Source: an uncultured Acidobacteriota bacterium (GTDB lineage Bacteria > Acidobacteriota > JAQAZP01). Taken from it: DNA of 64,000 bases. The DNA lies in NCBI GenBank assembly GCA_963836075.1, contig CAWIIB010000001.1, positions 608,001 through 672,000 of the forward strand, read 5' to 3'. Under the pieces are notes generated by a model. That model saw nothing but the letters and a program-made list of their open reading frames with translations, ran no database searches and was not told the DNA's origin. Both the position numbers and the translations under genes were made by a program. Shown here in pieces: positions 1 to 10,152 of this stretch (position 1 is the stretch's first letter; each line of letters begins with the position of its first letter).

Positions 1-495
1 CCGCCGGGCGGTGGTTTCTTCGGTGGAAGCGGCCACCACTGCCGTGGGGTGGCCGTCGGCGGTTTCGCGGGCGAAACTGGGGCCCGAGATCACCCCCACA
101 GTTCCGGGCCCGGTCCGACGGCCCAGCACCTGCTCCAGCACCTGGGACATGCGGAGGTGGGTCTCCTGTTCCAGCCCCTTGGTGGCGCTGACCAGGATCT
201 GGCCCGGTTCCACCAGCGGCTCCATCTGCCGGGCCACGTTGCGGCAGAAGTGGGAGGGCATCACGGTGAGCACCAGCGGCGCGCCGGGGACGGCACGGTC
301 CAGGCGGCTGGTCACCTTGATCTCTTCGGGCAGGCGATAGCCGGGAAGGAAGACGTTGTTCTCCCGGGTGGCGTCCATCCGCCGGGCCAGGTCATCCTCG
401 TAGACCCAGAGCACCACCCGGCGGCCCATGCCGGCCAGGTGGATGGCCAGTGCGGTGCCCCAGCTCCCACCGCCCACAACGGCCAGTCGCTCCAT
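1..495 (-). CDS. gpsA: NAD(P)H-dependent glycerol-3-phosphate dehydrogenase (3' end outside window)
   Basis: Manual translation from ATG at 495: MERLAVVGGGSWGTALA...SATKGLE...ISGPSFA; follows plsY. Not in the ORF track because it runs off the edge. Confidence 0.9.
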   Translation of the reverse strand, partial: MERLAVVGGGSWGTALAIHLAGMGRRVVLWVYEDDLARRMDATRENNVFLPGYRLPEEIKVTSRLDRAVPGAPLVLTVMPSHFCRNVARQMEPLVEPGQILVSATKGLEQETHLRMSQVLEQVLGRRTGPGTVGVISGPSFARETADGHPTAVVAASTEETTARR

Positions 496-513
496 CAGCT
501 CTCCTCCCCCACC

Positions 514-1104
514 TCACCAGAGGCGGTTTTCCCGCCCCTGCAGAATGCGGGCGATGTTCGACCGGTGGCTCCAGACCACCGCCGCCGAGCAGCCGAGCAC
601 GGCGGCCAGTTGCGGGACGGTCACCGGATCCAGCCACCACACGGCCAGTGGAAAGGCCAGGGCGGCGGAGATGGAACCGAGGGAAACGGTCCGGCTGACC
701 AGGGCCACCGTGACAAAGACCACCACGGTGGGCAGCAGGGCCAGCGGCGACAGCACGAGGAAGACCCCGAGACAGGTGGCCACTCCCTTGCCCCCGCGAA
801 AGCGCAGGTAGACCGGAAAGATGTGCCCCAGCACCGCGGCCAGCCCGGCGAAAAAGACGGTGGTGCCCTCCCCGCCGGTCAGTGCCCCGGCGATGAGCAC
901 CGCCGCGGCCCCCTTGGCCGCGTCCAGCAGCAGCGTGGCCACACCCCAGAAGCGGCCGGTGGTGCGCAGCACGTTGGTGGCGCCGATGTTGCCGCTGCCG
1001 GCCTGCCGCACGTCCCGGCCGGTGCGCAGCCGGACGAGGATCAGGCCGAAGGGCACGGCCCCCAGCAGGTAAGCGAGCAGCAGGGCGGCGATACGGATCA
1101 TCAT
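514..1104 (-). CDS. plsY: Glycerol-3-phosphate acyltransferase PlsY
   Basis: Motifs GSGNIGATNVLR, GHIFPVYLRFRGGKGVAT and HRSNIARI. Confidence 0.95.
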   Translation of the reverse strand: MMIRIAALLLAYLLGAVPFGLILVRLRTGRDVRQAGSGNIGATNVLRTTGRFWGVATLLLDAAKGAAAVLIAGALTGGEGTTVFFAGLAAVLGHIFPVYLRFRGGKGVATCLGVFLVLSPLALLPTVVVFVTVALVSRTVSLGSISAALAFPLAVWWLDPVTVPQLAAVLGCSAAVVWSHRSNIARILQGRENRLW

Positions 1105-1712
1105 GGTTCCTTCACCTCATCGGCGTTCCCGGCCGGGACCAGCGGCCAGCGGTCAACCTCGTCGTATCTGGCTCCGGACGGCAGCAGTGTGCTGCTGAAC
1201 AGCGACAGCCGGGAAACGGTAAAACCGCCGAAGCTCCGTTCCTCGTGGGCAGCCAGACAGGAGGCCAGCAGCTCCCGCTCGCCCCGCCGCAGCGAGCGGC
1301 GGAAACGGCCCACGGTGAGGTGCGGCCGGAATTCCCTGCGCTCCCGGGGAAAGCCCTGAACCTCCATGGCCTCCGCCACCCGCTCCTGGAGATGGTACAA
1401 CGGATCGGGCGGCTGTTGAAAGCCGACCCACAGCACACGGGGGGACCGCTGGTGGGGGAAGACACCCGCACCCGCCGTGGCCAGCCGGAACGGGCCCGCC
1501 GACCCCGGACATCCGGCCAGGGCCCGGCGGATGGCATCCAACTGCTCCACTGGGACATCGCCCAGAAAGGCGAGGGTCAGATGAATTCCCTCGGGACGCA
1601 CCCAGCGCAGCGAGGTCAGCCCCCGCTCCAGCTCGCCCCGCAACCGGGCCAGCCCCGCCTTCACTTCCGGGGGTATGGCCAGGGCCACGAAGAGCCTCAG
1701 GGTCTCGTTCAC
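1101..1712 (-). CDS. thpR: RNA 2',3'-cyclic phosphodiesterase (2H family)
   Basis: RLFVAL start and two HLT motifs (HLTLAFLG, PHLTVGR); GTG start overlaps the cinA stop. Confidence 0.9.
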   Translation of the reverse strand: MNETLRLFVALAIPPEVKAGLARLRGELERGLTSLRWVRPEGIHLTLAFLGDVPVEQLDAIRRALAGCPGSAGPFRLATAGAGVFPHQRSPRVLWVGFQQPPDPLYHLQERVAEAMEVQGFPRERREFRPHLTVGRFRRSLRRGERELLASCLAAHEERSFGGFTVSRLSLFSSTLLPSGARYDEVDRWPLVPAGNADEVKEP

Positions 1713-2944
1713 AGGAACTGCCTCCGGACCATGTCCAGGGCGCTGCGGCAGGCATACTGGCGGATCTGCCCCCTGCTGCCCGTAAAGAGATACCGCTGGT
1801 GCAGCACCGTTTCTCCGCTGTCCAGGGCGATGTAGACCAGGCCCACCGGTTTTTCCGGGGTCCCGCCCCCCGGGCCGGCAACACCGGTGATGCTGACACC
1901 GATATCCGCCCCGAAGCGGTGCCGCACCCCCTGGGCCATGCCCAGGGCCACCGCGGAACTCACTGCGCCGAATTTCTTCAGGTAGAGCGGGTTGACGCCC
2001 AGCAGTTTCTCCTTGGCCTGGTTGCTGTAGGAAACCACACCGCCGAGAAAAACGGCCGAGCTCCCCGGCACGGCGGTGATCGTCTGGGCCAGCAGGCCGC
2101 CGGTGCACGACTCGGCCACGGCCAGCGTCCGGGAGTTGGCACCGAGCAGACCGCCCACCACCTCTTCCAGGGAGTCATCGCCGGAACCGAAACAGTGGCT
2201 GCCCAGCCGCCCGGCAAAACTCCGGGCCAGCCGGTCCATCCGGTCACCCAGTCGGGCGGCACGGCGGTCCACTCCGCGCAGCTGCACCTCGATCTGGCCC
2301 GGGGAGGCCAGCAGGCTGACCCGGATGGGACCGGAGGGATCGGGGTAGAGCTCCCGCAGCCGGGAGTCCACCTCCGGTTCGCTCAGGCCGGTCACCCGCA
2401 GCGCCCGCAGCTCCACCACCCCGCCGTCGTGACGGCCGCGCAGCGAGGGGACCACGTGCCGGGCAAAAATGTCCCGCAGTTCCGCCGGGACCCCGGGGAG
2501 CAGAAAGATCTCACACCCCTTCTCTTCCAGCCGCAGCCCGGGGGAGGTTCCGAGGCGGTTTTCCAGCGGCCGGGCGCCCATGGGCAGCAGCGCCTCACGC
2601 TCACAGGACGGCGGCATGGACAGCTGCTGCGCGGCGAAGCGCGCACGGATCTGCTGCAGCACCTTTTCGTTGAGCACCAGGGTGCGGCCCAGCACCCGGG
2701 CCGCCATCCGGCGGGTCAGGTCGTCCTCGGTGGGTCCCAGCCCGCCGGCGGCGAGCACCAGGTTGGACCGGCGGACCGCCGAGCGGAATACCGATTCCAG
2801 GGCCTGGTCATCGTCCCCCACCCTGGTCATCACACTGACCGGCAGACCGATCCGCTCCAGCTGACCGGTGAGGTAGACGGAATTGGTCTCCCGAAACCCG
2901 GAGGCCAGGAGTTCGGAGCCGATGAGGATGATTTCAACTTTCAT
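1709..2944 (-). CDS. cinA: Competence/damage-inducible protein CinA (MoCF domain plus NMN deamidase)
   Basis: GSELL, GGLGPTEDDLTR, LPGVPAE, AESCTGG, SITGVAGPGG. Confidence 0.95.
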   Translation of the reverse strand: MKVEIILIGSELLASGFRETNSVYLTGQLERIGLPVSVMTRVGDDDQALESVFRSAVRRSNLVLAAGGLGPTEDDLTRRMAARVLGRTLVLNEKVLQQIRARFAAQQLSMPPSCEREALLPMGARPLENRLGTSPGLRLEEKGCEIFLLPGVPAELRDIFARHVVPSLRGRHDGGVVELRALRVTGLSEPEVDSRLRELYPDPSGPIRVSLLASPGQIEVQLRGVDRRAARLGDRMDRLARSFAGRLGSHCFGSGDDSLEEVVGGLLGANSRTLAVAESCTGGLLAQTITAVPGSSAVFLGGVVSYSNQAKEKLLGVNPLYLKKFGAVSSAVALGMAQGVRHRFGADIGVSITGVAGPGGGTPEKPVGLVYIALDSGETVLHQRYLFTGSRGQIRQYACRSALDMVRRQFL

Positions 2945-3034
2945 GGCCCGGGGTGCAGCTCATCTGTTTCGGTGATAAGGATGTCCCGAAAATAATACCG
3001 TATGGGGCCACGGCTTGACAACGTGAGCGGGGGA

Positions 3035-3805
3035 TCAGGGATCAGGGTGTGTCTCGGGCCCCGTATCCTCCCCGCCCTCGATCAGGGTGGAGCAGTTGAT
3101 CAGGGCCGGACCGACGATGCCGCCGGAGATGATGAATTTCACGCCGTCCTCGATGGAGAGGTCCAGCAGCCGGACCTCGGACCGTGGCGTCACCACCAAC
3201 CAGCCGGATGTGGGGTTGGGGGTGGTGGGCAGGAAGACGCTGATCAGCTCGCCCTGGAGGTAGCGGTCAACGCCCCCGGGGTATTCCTGGGTCAGGAAGC
3301 CCATGGTCCAGATCCCCCGGCGAGGGTATTCCACCAGCACCACCCGCGAGAAACCGGCGTAGTGGCTCATACGGATTGACTGCATCAGCTGCTGGGCGGC
3401 GCCGTACACGCTCTTCACCAGGGGAATGCGAAGGATCAGCTGATCCAGGGCTCTGAGGATCCGGCGGCCGATGAGATTGGTGCCCAGGCCGCCCACCAGC
3501 AGGACCAGCAGCAGGGTCAGCAGCAGACCGATGGGGATGGTCAGCGAACGGATAAACGGCTCCCAGTCGCGCAGGGCGGCGCCGAACACCCCGGAGACGA
3601 TGAGGTCGATCAAACGGCGCACCAGCGGCGTGATATAGGCGTTGATGATCTTGAACAGGAAGTAGAGCAGGGTAATGGTGATCAGCAGGGGCAGCAGGAT
3701 CACCAGCCCGGTGATGAAGATCCGCCGCATTCGCGAGATGATGCTGCGCGGCGCCTTCTCCTTGCCCGGCCCTTCGCTGGTCTGGTCGGCCATGACGGGG
3801 CTCAA
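3035..3805 (-). CDS. DUF502 membrane protein
   Basis: FITGLVILLP, RIPLVKSVY, VLVEYPR, FLPTTPNPTSGW. Confidence 0.85.
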   Translation of the reverse strand: MSPVMADQTSEGPGKEKAPRSIISRMRRIFITGLVILLPLLITITLLYFLFKIINAYITPLVRRLIDLIVSGVFGAALRDWEPFIRSLTIPIGLLLTLLLVLLVGGLGTNLIGRRILRALDQLILRIPLVKSVYGAAQQLMQSIRMSHYAGFSRVVLVEYPRRGIWTMGFLTQEYPGGVDRYLQGELISVFLPTTPNPTSGWLVVTPRSEVRLLDLSIEDGVKFIISGGIVGPALINCSTLIEGGEDTGPETHPDP

Positions 3806-4371
3806 CCTTCTTTTCTATATTGCAGTTTGGGACTTATCAGGTGCCAGAACTTGATTCCGTAGTCAACGGCCGAGGCGATGGCCAGCAAAATCACCACCCA
3901 GAGCAGGGACTGTCCGACCAGCCGCACCATCTCGTGGCTGAACAGCAGTTTGGCCAGAATGAGAAAGATGATGGTCACCGACTGGGAGATCATCTTGTAC
4001 TTGCCCAGGGCCGACGCGGCGATCACCTGTCCCTCGACGGAGGCGATGCTGCGGAACCCGCTCACCGCCAGTTCCCGCCCGACGATCACCACCACCATCC
4101 AGGCCGGCACCAGGGTGTGGTCCACTTCCACCAGAGAGATAAAGGCGGCGCTGATCAGCAGCTTGTCGGCCAGCGGGTCGAGCAGTTTGCCCAGGGTGGT
4201 CACCTGGTCCCGCTTGCGGGCCAGGTAGCCGTCCAGCCAGTCGGTGCTCACGGCCAGCAGAAAAATGGCGCCGCCCAGCAGCTCCTTGCCCTCGAACTTG
4301 GTCAGCAGCACCACCACCAGGAAGGGCACCAGAAAGATGCGAAAAAGGGTCAGAAAAATGGGCAGGTTCAT
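3802..4371 (-). CDS. pgsA: CDP-diacylglycerol--glycerol-3-phosphate 3-phosphatidyltransferase
   Basis: CDP-alcohol motif DWLDGYLAR...GKLLDPLADK. Confidence 0.95.
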   Translation of the reverse strand: MNLPIFLTLFRIFLVPFLVVVLLTKFEGKELLGGAIFLLAVSTDWLDGYLARKRDQVTTLGKLLDPLADKLLISAAFISLVEVDHTLVPAWMVVVIVGRELAVSGFRSIASVEGQVIAASALGKYKMISQSVTIIFLILAKLLFSHEMVRLVGQSLLWVVILLAIASAVDYGIKFWHLISPKLQYRKEG

Positions 4372-4454
4372 TTCAGCTCCCGGTGATCAGCGGTATCCAG
4401 GATCGCTCACCCGGACCAGGGGATCTGTCGGAGCCACAGCCAGTCCGGAATCGG

Positions 4455-4483
4455 ATTATATAAACCGTGCCGGTGGGAGTCAA
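4455..4483 (-). promoter_or_regulatory. sigma70-type promoter of the pgsA operon
   Basis: Minus strand TTGACT-N17-TATAAT. Confidence 0.7.
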
Positions 4484-4564
4484 AGCGTAACCCCTCGACC
4501 GGAGGGTTTGCATTTGGGTAGAATAATCTGCCTGCAGCAGGCAGGTGGAAGATCAGGAGGCGCG

Positions 4565-6703
4565 ATGAACAGGATCAGTATTCACGATGCCGTTGGACGA
4601 GGACTGAGAACCGGGTTTTTCTTCGGCCTGCTGGCGGGGCTCCAGGAAGGCCTGTCGGCGGTCACCATCTCCCGCGCCCGCACCGGAGATGTGAGCATCA
4701 CCGGCCTGAGCAAGCTGGTCCACGTCTTCTTCACCCCGGTGCTGGCCGACAGCCTGCTGATGGCCCTGCTGGCCCTGATCCCGGCCTTGGGACTCTGGTT
4801 CTGGCAACGCAGGAGAAGATCGATCTCCGACTCCCCGGATCAGTGGTTCGGCCCCCTGCTGGCCGGGCTGGCCGGCGGGGGCGCGGTGCTGATCTTTGGC
4901 GCCTTCCGCACCTTCCCCGCGTTCAATCTGAACCTGCTGCTGAAGCTGGACGGGGTCTTCGGCCTGCTGGGCCTGGTTGGCGCCGCCCTGCTGGCCGGGG
5001 TGGCCTTCCATGTCCTGTCCCGGCGTTTCGCCGGCCGGACGATCATCCCGGCCCTGGCCCTGTCGGCGATCACCATTGCACTGCCCGCCGTACCGGCCTC
5101 CTGCTGGGTCTTTCGCAACGAGGACCATCCCCTGGGCGGCAACACCGGTTTTTCCATCGGCCTGTCCGTCACCGTTGTGGTTTTCGCCCTGCTGGTACTG
5201 CTGCTCCGCAAGTGGCTGAGCCGGCAGCCTTCGCGCCGCCGGGCCATCCGCTGGTGGTTCGGCCTGGCCGCCGCCGGTCTGGTCACCGGCACCTTTCTCC
5301 CCCTGGCCTTCATGGGCAGCACAGCCGACGATTCGACGACCCACACGGTCCCGGGCAACCGGAACGTGATCCTCTATACCGTGGACACCCTGCGGGGGGA
5401 CGCCCTGGACCTTGACGATCCCGAGACATCCCGCACTCCGAACCTGGCCCGGCTGGCCGCAGCCGGAACACGGTTCGACGATGTCCAGGCCCAGTGCCCC
5501 TGGACCCTCCCCTCCATCTGCTCGATGATGACCGCGATCCATCCCAGCGGGCAGGGAGTGGTCCGGTCGAACCACCGGCTGGACAGCGCCCGCCGGACAC
5601 TGGCCGAAGAACTGGCCGCCGCCGGCTTCCTGACCCAGGCGGTGATCTGCAATGCCTGGCTCACCGAAGACTTCGGTTTGAACCAGGGCTTCCAGGGCTA
5701 CAACCACGTCTGGGAGGAGGGGGCGTCCGAATACTGGTTGAACTGCGTCTGGGTCCGCATCGTCCGCCGGTTCCAGCCCGACTTTCTCCAGGCCCCGAAC
5801 ACCCACGACTCGGCCGAGATGGTGGACCGGGCGATCCGCTTTCTGCACCAGCATTCCACAAGCAACTTCTTCCTCTGGGTTCACGTCATCGACCCCCACG
5901 ATCCCTATGCCCCGCTGGGCCGGTTCCGCGCCATGGCCGCCCAGGGGTACAAGGGCCGGCTGCCGCCCACGAGGTCGGGCAATGTGAATCAGCTGCGCCG
6001 CGGCCGGATGCTGGAAGCGGAAGACCGCCGCCACCTGCGGCGCCTCTATGACCTGGAGGTGCAGTACACCGACGAGCAGTTCGGCCGGCTGATGCAATCG
6101 CTGGAAGAGCTGGGTCTCCTGTCCAACACCCTGGTGGTCTTCACCTCCGATCATGGCGAGGAGTTCTGGGACCACGAGAACGTGGGTCACGGCCACACCC
6201 TGTTCGACGAACTGACCCACGTGCCGCTGATCATCAGACCTCCGGAAGTGCCGCAGGTGCAGCAGGTATCCACCCAGGTCCGGCTGATCGACATGGCCCC
6301 CACCATCCTCGACATGCTCGGACTCCCGCCCCTGGCCGAGGGGCAGGGATCGAGCCTGCTGCCGCTGATGCAGGGCGTGGAGGAAGGGCACCGGCCCAGC
6401 TTTGGCGAAGCCCTGATCTATTTCGGGGAGAAGAAGTCGGTGGATGACGGCCGCTACCGCCTGATCACCTCGGACAACAGCGGCACCGTTGAACTCTACG
6501 ACCTGGAGACCGATCCCGGCGCCACCCACGACCTGTCCGCGGACCACCCGGAGATCGTCACCCGGCTCAAGGAAGGGCTCCGCGAGCACCTCCGCCGGCA
6601 GGAGGCGTTCAACCAGTCGCTGGAGAAAAACGAAGCGGACGGCGGGCCGGAACTGGACGAGCGGATGAAGGCCCGTCTGCGCGCCCTGGGCTACCTCCAG
6701 TGA
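4565..6703 (+). CDS. Multi-TM membrane protein with a C-terminal sulfatase/alkaline-phosphatase-superfamily domain
   Basis: About 7 hydrophobic segments, then NVILYTVDTLRGD, CPWTLPS, DPHDPY, TSDHGEEF, HGHTL, LRALGY; ATG at 4565 after GGAGG. Confidence 0.85.
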   Translation: MNRISIHDAVGRGLRTGFFFGLLAGLQEGLSAVTISRARTGDVSITGLSKLVHVFFTPVLADSLLMALLALIPALGLWFWQRRRRSISDSPDQWFGPLLAGLAGGGAVLIFGAFRTFPAFNLNLLLKLDGVFGLLGLVGAALLAGVAFHVLSRRFAGRTIIPALALSAITIALPAVPASCWVFRNEDHPLGGNTGFSIGLSVTVVVFALLVLLLRKWLSRQPSRRRAIRWWFGLAAAGLVTGTFLPLAFMGSTADDSTTHTVPGNRNVILYTVDTLRGDALDLDDPETSRTPNLARLAAAGTRFDDVQAQCPWTLPSICSMMTAIHPSGQGVVRSNHRLDSARRTLAEELAAAGFLTQAVICNAWLTEDFGLNQGFQGYNHVWEEGASEYWLNCVWVRIVRRFQPDFLQAPNTHDSAEMVDRAIRFLHQHSTSNFFLWVHVIDPHDPYAPLGRFRAMAAQGYKGRLPPTRSGNVNQLRRGRMLEAEDRRHLRRLYDLEVQYTDEQFGRLMQSLEELGLLSNTLVVFTSDHGEEFWDHENVGHGHTLFDELTHVPLIIRPPEVPQVQQVSTQVRLIDMAPTILDMLGLPPLAEGQGSSLLPLMQGVEEGHRPSFGEALIYFGEKKSVDDGRYRLITSDNSGTVELYDLETDPGATHDLSADHPEIVTRLKEGLREHLRRQEAFNQSLEKNEADGGPELDERMKARLRALGYLQ

Positions 6704-8863
6704 TCAGTTCAGCTGCAGGATGCCCTTGCGCAGCGCCTCGGTGATGCAGGGGTAGATCAGATCCTCGCCCAGCGGCGGCTCCGCCGCGGCCAGCAGCTGG
6801 ATGATCTCGCCCACCGCCCGTCGCCCGTCGCACAGTTCCAGCACCCGCGTTTCCTGGCCGGTGAGCTTGGACCGGCTCTCGCTGTGCACCAGGAAGGGCC
6901 AGGGGCCGCGGGGAACCGCGGCGCCCAACTCCAGCACCTGGGCCTCGATCTGCGGGCGGAAGGCCTCCCCCCGCAGCCGCACCAGGCCCTCCACCCGGAT
7001 CTCCCGCGAGCGGGTTTCGGCCATCAGGCGGTCCAGGGGAAAAGCCAGCTGTCGCTCCTCCAGCCGGCCGCTGAACCGCGGGCGGAGGGCGAGGAACCGC
7101 TCCCGGGACCGGCGGGGAAAGCCGGCGCCTCCGGCCCGGCAGACGGCGAGGAAGAGGTGGCTCTCCGAGCGGGATTCCATCAGGCCCAGCCGGGAGAGGC
7201 GCATCCCGGCCCGGCCGGCCAGGGCGGCCGCCTGGTTGGCGGTGATCAGCCCCTCCTGCACCTCGTACCCTGCGGCGCTGAGGGCCAGCGGGCCCCGCCC
7301 GTCCTCGATGATCCGGGTGATGCCGTACGAACCGGCCTCCCGGTAGACCAGCGAGTGGCGGTAGAGGGTGAAGCGCAACGGGTCGGCCTTGACCACCGTC
7401 CGGTGGTGGCGCTCGATAAAATCGAGGGTGGCCTGGTGGTCTTCCGGCCGCTCGCCGGGGAAACCGACGAACCAGCCCAGCACCACCGGCAGGTCCAGTT
7501 CCTCGCAGTGGTCGAGGATCTCCCCGGCCACCTCGATCTTCATCCCCTTGTCCATCAGGTCGAGGACGCGCTGGGAGGCCGACTCCAGGCCGTAGAAGAG
7601 CATCCGGCAGCCGCCCTCCCGCAGTTGCTGCAGAAATTCCCGGGTGTAGATCGGCTCGAATTTCACCTCGGCATACCAGCGGGCATCGGGCGCCGTGCGG
7701 CGCAAATGATCCGCGATTTCCCGCAGGGTGGCCGGCGGCACCGAATCGTCGTAGAAGGCGAAGAGCCGGGCCCCCACCAGCTCCCGCAGGCGGTCCACGT
7801 CGGCCAGCACCTGGGGCGTGCGGCGCTTGCGGAAGTTGCGGTCCGGGGTGAGCACCGGCCGGGTGCAGAAGGCGCAGCGGTTCCAGTAGCAGCCCCGTGA
7901 CGACTGGAGGTGGTAGACCACCTCCGGCGTCAGGTAGCGGTCCAGGGGCATCAACTCGTAGGCCGGAGTGGGGTACCCGTCAGCCGGCGCCGCGCTTTGC
8001 TGCGCCGTGCCCTGCACTGTCCCGCTGCGGTCCAGGTGGAGCAGGTTGGGCACCTGCCCCAGGTCTCCGGCGGGCCACTGTTCCACCAGCCGGGCCAGCG
8101 GTTCCTCGCCGTCGTGCAGCACGTAGCCGTTGACATGGGTGAACAGCGCCGGTTCGGTGCGGATCACCTCCTCCAGGGAGAGCAGCAGCGCACCGCCCAG
8201 TACCAGGCAGAGGTCGGGCCCGGCCGCCTCGCGCAGCAGCCGCGCCAGGGTCATGGCCGGCAGCAGCTGGTCGATGTAGCCCACCGACAGCCCCACCACC
8301 TGGGGCCCGCCGTCCAGAATGGCGGGGACGGTCACCTCCGCGAAATAGTCCACGAAGGGGTTGACCCGCCGGTCCTCCGCCGCCTGCAGCAGCCCTGCCA
8401 CCTCGCTTTCCCGGCCGTCCAGCCGGAAACCGAACGAGTCGTAGGATGCCGGCGAGAACTCGGTGGAGACCAGCTGCAGCGCCCGGTTGAGGGTGAACAC
8501 GGCGTCGTGGTAGGCGTCGGGGTCCATGAAGGGGCCCCAGCGGGTCATGGTCTCCCGGGCCGCGGCGGTGCCGGCGGCGATGGCCGGGCCGTCGAAAACC
8601 ACGTTGATCAGGTCGAGATAGCGGCGCTGCTCCGCCGGCTCCAGCGCGGGGCGCCGTTCCAGCGCCTGCAGTTCGTCCTGCAGCCGCTCCGCGGAACGGC
8701 GCAGGCGGCCGGCCGAGGTGAAGTGGTGGAAGGCGTCGATGTTGGCGTCCACCAGGGTCACCCGGCAGCCCACCCGGTCCCGGAGATAGCCGCCCAGGGC
8801 GGGCAGGGCGGGATAGGGCTGCCGCACTTCCGCGGCCGGCGGATAGACCAGTGTCACATGCAT
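6704..8863 (-). CDS. B12-binding radical SAM enzyme with a C-terminal winged-helix/PqqD-like segment
   Basis: SRGCYWNRCAFC (CxxxCxxC), N-terminal cobalamin-binding-like region, GLESASQRVLDLMDKG, VGFPGE. Confidence 0.85.
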   Translation of the reverse strand: MHVTLVYPPAAEVRQPYPALPALGGYLRDRVGCRVTLVDANIDAFHHFTSAGRLRRSAERLQDELQALERRPALEPAEQRRYLDLINVVFDGPAIAAGTAAARETMTRWGPFMDPDAYHDAVFTLNRALQLVSTEFSPASYDSFGFRLDGRESEVAGLLQAAEDRRVNPFVDYFAEVTVPAILDGGPQVVGLSVGYIDQLLPAMTLARLLREAAGPDLCLVLGGALLLSLEEVIRTEPALFTHVNGYVLHDGEEPLARLVEQWPAGDLGQVPNLLHLDRSGTVQGTAQQSAAPADGYPTPAYELMPLDRYLTPEVVYHLQSSRGCYWNRCAFCTRPVLTPDRNFRKRRTPQVLADVDRLRELVGARLFAFYDDSVPPATLREIADHLRRTAPDARWYAEVKFEPIYTREFLQQLREGGCRMLFYGLESASQRVLDLMDKGMKIEVAGEILDHCEELDLPVVLGWFVGFPGERPEDHQATLDFIERHHRTVVKADPLRFTLYRHSLVYREAGSYGITRIIEDGRGPLALSAAGYEVQEGLITANQAAALAGRAGMRLSRLGLMESRSESHLFLAVCRAGGAGFPRRSRERFLALRPRFSGRLEERQLAFPLDRLMAETRSREIRVEGLVRLRGEAFRPQIEAQVLELGAAVPRGPWPFLVHSESRSKLTGQETRVLELCDGRRAVGEIIQLLAAAEPPLGEDLIYPCITEALRKGILQLN

Positions 8864-9032
8864 TCCCGGAGGCTCCTCGTTGATCTCCCGGTTATCTTAG
8901 TCCGCCGTCTCCCGGCCGGGCAAGCGGCTGCGCCGCTTCGTTGACTCACGCCGGATGCTTACGGTACCGATACCGCCCTGCCGCGGCCGCTGGACACCCT
9001 GTTCCGGAGCCCCGGAACGGAAGAGGGAGCCC

Positions 9033-10106
9033 ATGGACTGGAACAGTCAATTCATCTGGACCCAGTTTTTTCTCTGCGCGGCGGCCATCGTTTTCGCCGG
9101 CACCAAGCTGACCCGCTATGGCGACCGGATCGCCGAGATAACCGGCCTGGGCCGCCTCTGGGTGGGCGCCGTACTGCTGTCGGTGGTCACCTCCCTGCCC
9201 GAAGTTGTCACCGCCTGCTCCTCCGCCTGGCTCGGCGAGCCGGACATCGCGCTGCAGAACGTGATCGGCAGCAACCTCTTCAACGTGCTGGTGCTGGTGA
9301 TGCTCGATTTCCTGGTCCGCCGCCGGGCCGTGCTGGCCGATGCCGACCCGGGCCACCGGGGAAGCGCCTGGACCGGCACGGCGATGATGCTGGTGGTGGC
9401 CGCGGCGGCCCTCTTCTTCAACCTGGCCCAGGACCGGGGCCAGGCATTTGAAACCTACAGCCGCATTCCCATTGGTCTGGACAGCCTGTTGCTCGGCGCC
9501 ATCTACCTCTGGGCCATGTGGCGCATCTTCAAGGTGGGCCGGGCGGAACAGAAGGTCAGCAAGGCACAGTCCCCCGCGGCCACCGCCGGTGGGCTGAAGC
9601 TCTCACGCATCTACGCCGTGTTCGGCGCCGCCTCGGCGGTGATCGTGGTCTTCGGCTACCGCATGACCGTGCTGGGCGACATCATTTCCGAAACGCCGCT
9701 GCACATCGCCGGGCACCAGTTCATGATCACCGACAACTTCGTCGGCATGTTCCTCATCGCCGTGGCCACTTCCCTGCCCGAGCTGGTGGTGACCATCAGC
9801 GCCGCCCGGATGGGGGCCGCCGACCTGGCGGTGGGCAACATCCTCGGCTCGAACATCTTCAACATGGTGATCATCTTCCTGGCCGACGGCTGCTACTTTC
9901 ACGGGCCACTGCTGCTCTACTCCGGCCGGGCCGTGTTCTACACCTCGCTGCTGGGCGCCCTGATGACCATGGTGGTGCTCCACGGCATCGGCCGACCGAC
10001 CAGCCGCCTCTTCTTCAACCGCCTCGGCCCCCACTCCATGGTCATCCTGCTGCTCTACGCCGCCGGCATGACCCTGCTGGCCTCCATGGGCCTGCTGGTC
10101 TCCTAA
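9033..10106 (+). CDS. Sodium:calcium antiporter family protein
   Basis: Two alpha repeats TSLPE...GSN(L/I)FN; very hydrophobic. Confidence 0.88.
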   Translation: MDWNSQFIWTQFFLCAAAIVFAGTKLTRYGDRIAEITGLGRLWVGAVLLSVVTSLPEVVTACSSAWLGEPDIALQNVIGSNLFNVLVLVMLDFLVRRRAVLADADPGHRGSAWTGTAMMLVVAAAALFFNLAQDRGQAFETYSRIPIGLDSLLLGAIYLWAMWRIFKVGRAEQKVSKAQSPAATAGGLKLSRIYAVFGAASAVIVVFGYRMTVLGDIISETPLHIAGHQFMITDNFVGMFLIAVATSLPELVVTISAARMGAADLAVGNILGSNIFNMVIIFLADGCYFHGPLLLYSGRAVFYTSLLGALMTMVVLHGIGRPTSRLFFNRLGPHSMVILLLYAAGMTLLASMGLLVS

Positions 10107-10152
10107 GCGGTGACAGTCCGCTGTTTTCACGGTTCAGGTCCTGTACCTGGGA

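Noticed and set aside
4565-8863. Radical SAM enzyme as an anaerobic sulfatase maturase
   Set aside because: It is B12-type with no SPASM cysteines, the genes are convergent, and the partner lacks a CxPxR motif
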